A stretch of 64,000 nt of DNA from Octopus sinensis (Eukaryota): the NCBI RefSeq assembly GCF_006345805.1, contig NC_043002.1, positions 3,286,001 through 3,350,000 of the forward strand, written 5' to 3'. Positions within the stretch are counted from its first letter, which is position 1. Each line of letters opens with the position of its first letter. Shown here in pieces: positions 62,757-64,000 of the stretch. The notes below the pieces were generated by a model. That model ran no database searches, was not told where the DNA came from, and saw only the letters and a list, made by a program, of their open reading frames with translations. A program made the position numbers and the translations under genes.

Positions 62757-63030
62757 AAAGATGGTTTGCCAACATAACATGGCAGTCCTGGTTTAGGACG
62801 AATGCTGCTGTAATTTAGCCCCAGGAGACATCATCACCAGCTGGCTATACGACATGATCTGTGTCCTAATATTGTTTTGAGCTGAGTGGGGGTTCTAGAT
62901 TCCCTTGTATGAAAATATAAGGACACAGATCATGTTGTATAGCCAGCTGGTGATGATGTCTCCTGCGGCTAAATTACAGCAGCATTCGTCCTAAACCAGG
63001 ACTTCCATGTTATGTTGGCAAACAGTCTTT
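62757..63030. mobile_element. Palindromic MITE related to 3688-3916
   Basis: gtttgccaacataacatggcagtcc...ggacttccatgttatgttggcaaac. Confidence 0.85.
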
Positions 63031-63321
63031 GCTACAGTTTCATTAGTGTTCTTTAAAAAGTTTAACAAGGGTTGCCAAATATGAATTCTCATTCTTTGTC
63101 CTGAGATCTTGTATTTCTACCGTTGGATTCTTGTACATTTTTTGAGTCACAAAAATCTGACAATTTAGAATGTGCTGAATTAATTAATCATCATCATCAT
63201 TATCATCATTTTAATATTCACTTTTCCATGCTTGCATGGGTCAGGTGGAATTTGCTGAGACAGATTTTCTATGGTCTGTGGCTTTTCCTGTGGCCAACCC
63301 CAACCTGTTTCCAAATAAGCC

Positions 63322-63540
63322 GGTGAGCTGGCAGAAATGTTAGCACGTGGGGCAAAATGCTTGGCAGTATTTCATCTGTCTTTACATTCTAACCCTAATT
63401 TAAATTCTGCTGTGGTCAACTTTACCTTTCATCCTTTCGAGGTCAATAAATTAAGTACCAGTTGCATACTGGGGTCGATCTAATCGACTGGCCTCTCTCC
63501 CCAAATTTTGGGCCTTGTACCTAAAGTAGAAAAGAAAAGA
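63322..63540 (+). mobile_element. Family B SINE (alternative tail)
   Basis: gagctggcagaaatgttagc...ggccttgtacctaaagtagaaaag. Confidence 0.8.
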
Positions 63541-63959
63541 TTTCCCCATGGAAGACTGGAAATGTGCAACATCACTTAAATGAGGGTGAAGCTCTTTTAG
63601 TCATCACCTGTATGTTTACAGATATACATCCATATATACATCCGTTATACAGGTATGTATAACTGTGTATGTATGGGAAAACAAATGTCTTTTCTCTTTT
63701 TTCCGATTATCCAACTTTCTCTTTTGATAAGTTGCATTCATTTTTAATTAACAATGGCTTATAATTATTGGTTATTTCTACTTCTCATTCCTTTTCTTTC
63801 AATAAAAAACAACCTTTGAACGTGAAAGCAGTGATTGGCCCAAGTCAGGGAACGCCACTACCAGACAGGACCCTATTTCTGTGATGTTAGAAACAGTTTA
63901 GAATCAGTTTTTCACTCATTTTCTTACTTTTTTACTCATCATTTGTTTGTTCTCTTCAG

Positions 63960-63974
63960 GTTCTAATTTTGACT
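63960..63974 (+). CDS. 15-nt microexon GTTCTAATTTTGACT (phase 1/1 xSNFDx, or phase 0 VLILT)
   Basis: ~50-nt pyrimidine tract ending ttctcttcAG| and a consensus donor |GTAAGT; frame-preserving length. Confidence 0.65.
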
Positions 63975-64000
63975 GTAAGTATTTCATTAAATCTGCTTGA

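Overview
AT-rich eukaryotic genomic DNA, most likely an octopus (cephalopod). That call is an inference from three dominant repeat families resembling those I recall from Octopus genomes; I ran no search. They are a tRNA+CORE-like SINE (family A), a tRNA+Nin-like SINE (family B) and 5'-truncated RTE 3' ends with (GAT)n tails (family C). There is no intact long gene. The window looks like mostly intron of two divergent, long-intron genes sharing a promoter near 12.0 kb. The minus-strand gene has two good exons (8303-8143 and 144-91). The plus-strand gene has scattered candidate 5'/first exons and a clean 15-nt microexon at 63960-63974. I cannot name either gene. The rest is decayed mobile DNA: RTE, CR1, Tx1/L1-like, I/Jockey-like and Penelope-like retroelements, piggyBac-type TTAA MITEs, a mariner fold-back, several palindromic MITEs, a higher-order minisatellite and an 832-bp tandem duplication. 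Four observations stand out: (1) a SINE tail shared with Tx1/L1-like LINE 3' ends; (2) a TSD-flanked Penelope-type inverted repeat with a hammerhead-like core on each strand; (3) a possible set of alternative first exons converging in phase 1 on the microexon; (4) closely spaced inverted SINE pairs that could be ADAR substrates. Repeat boundaries are approximate (about +/-20 bp), exon calls rest on splice motifs alone, and not every degraded SINE copy is listed.
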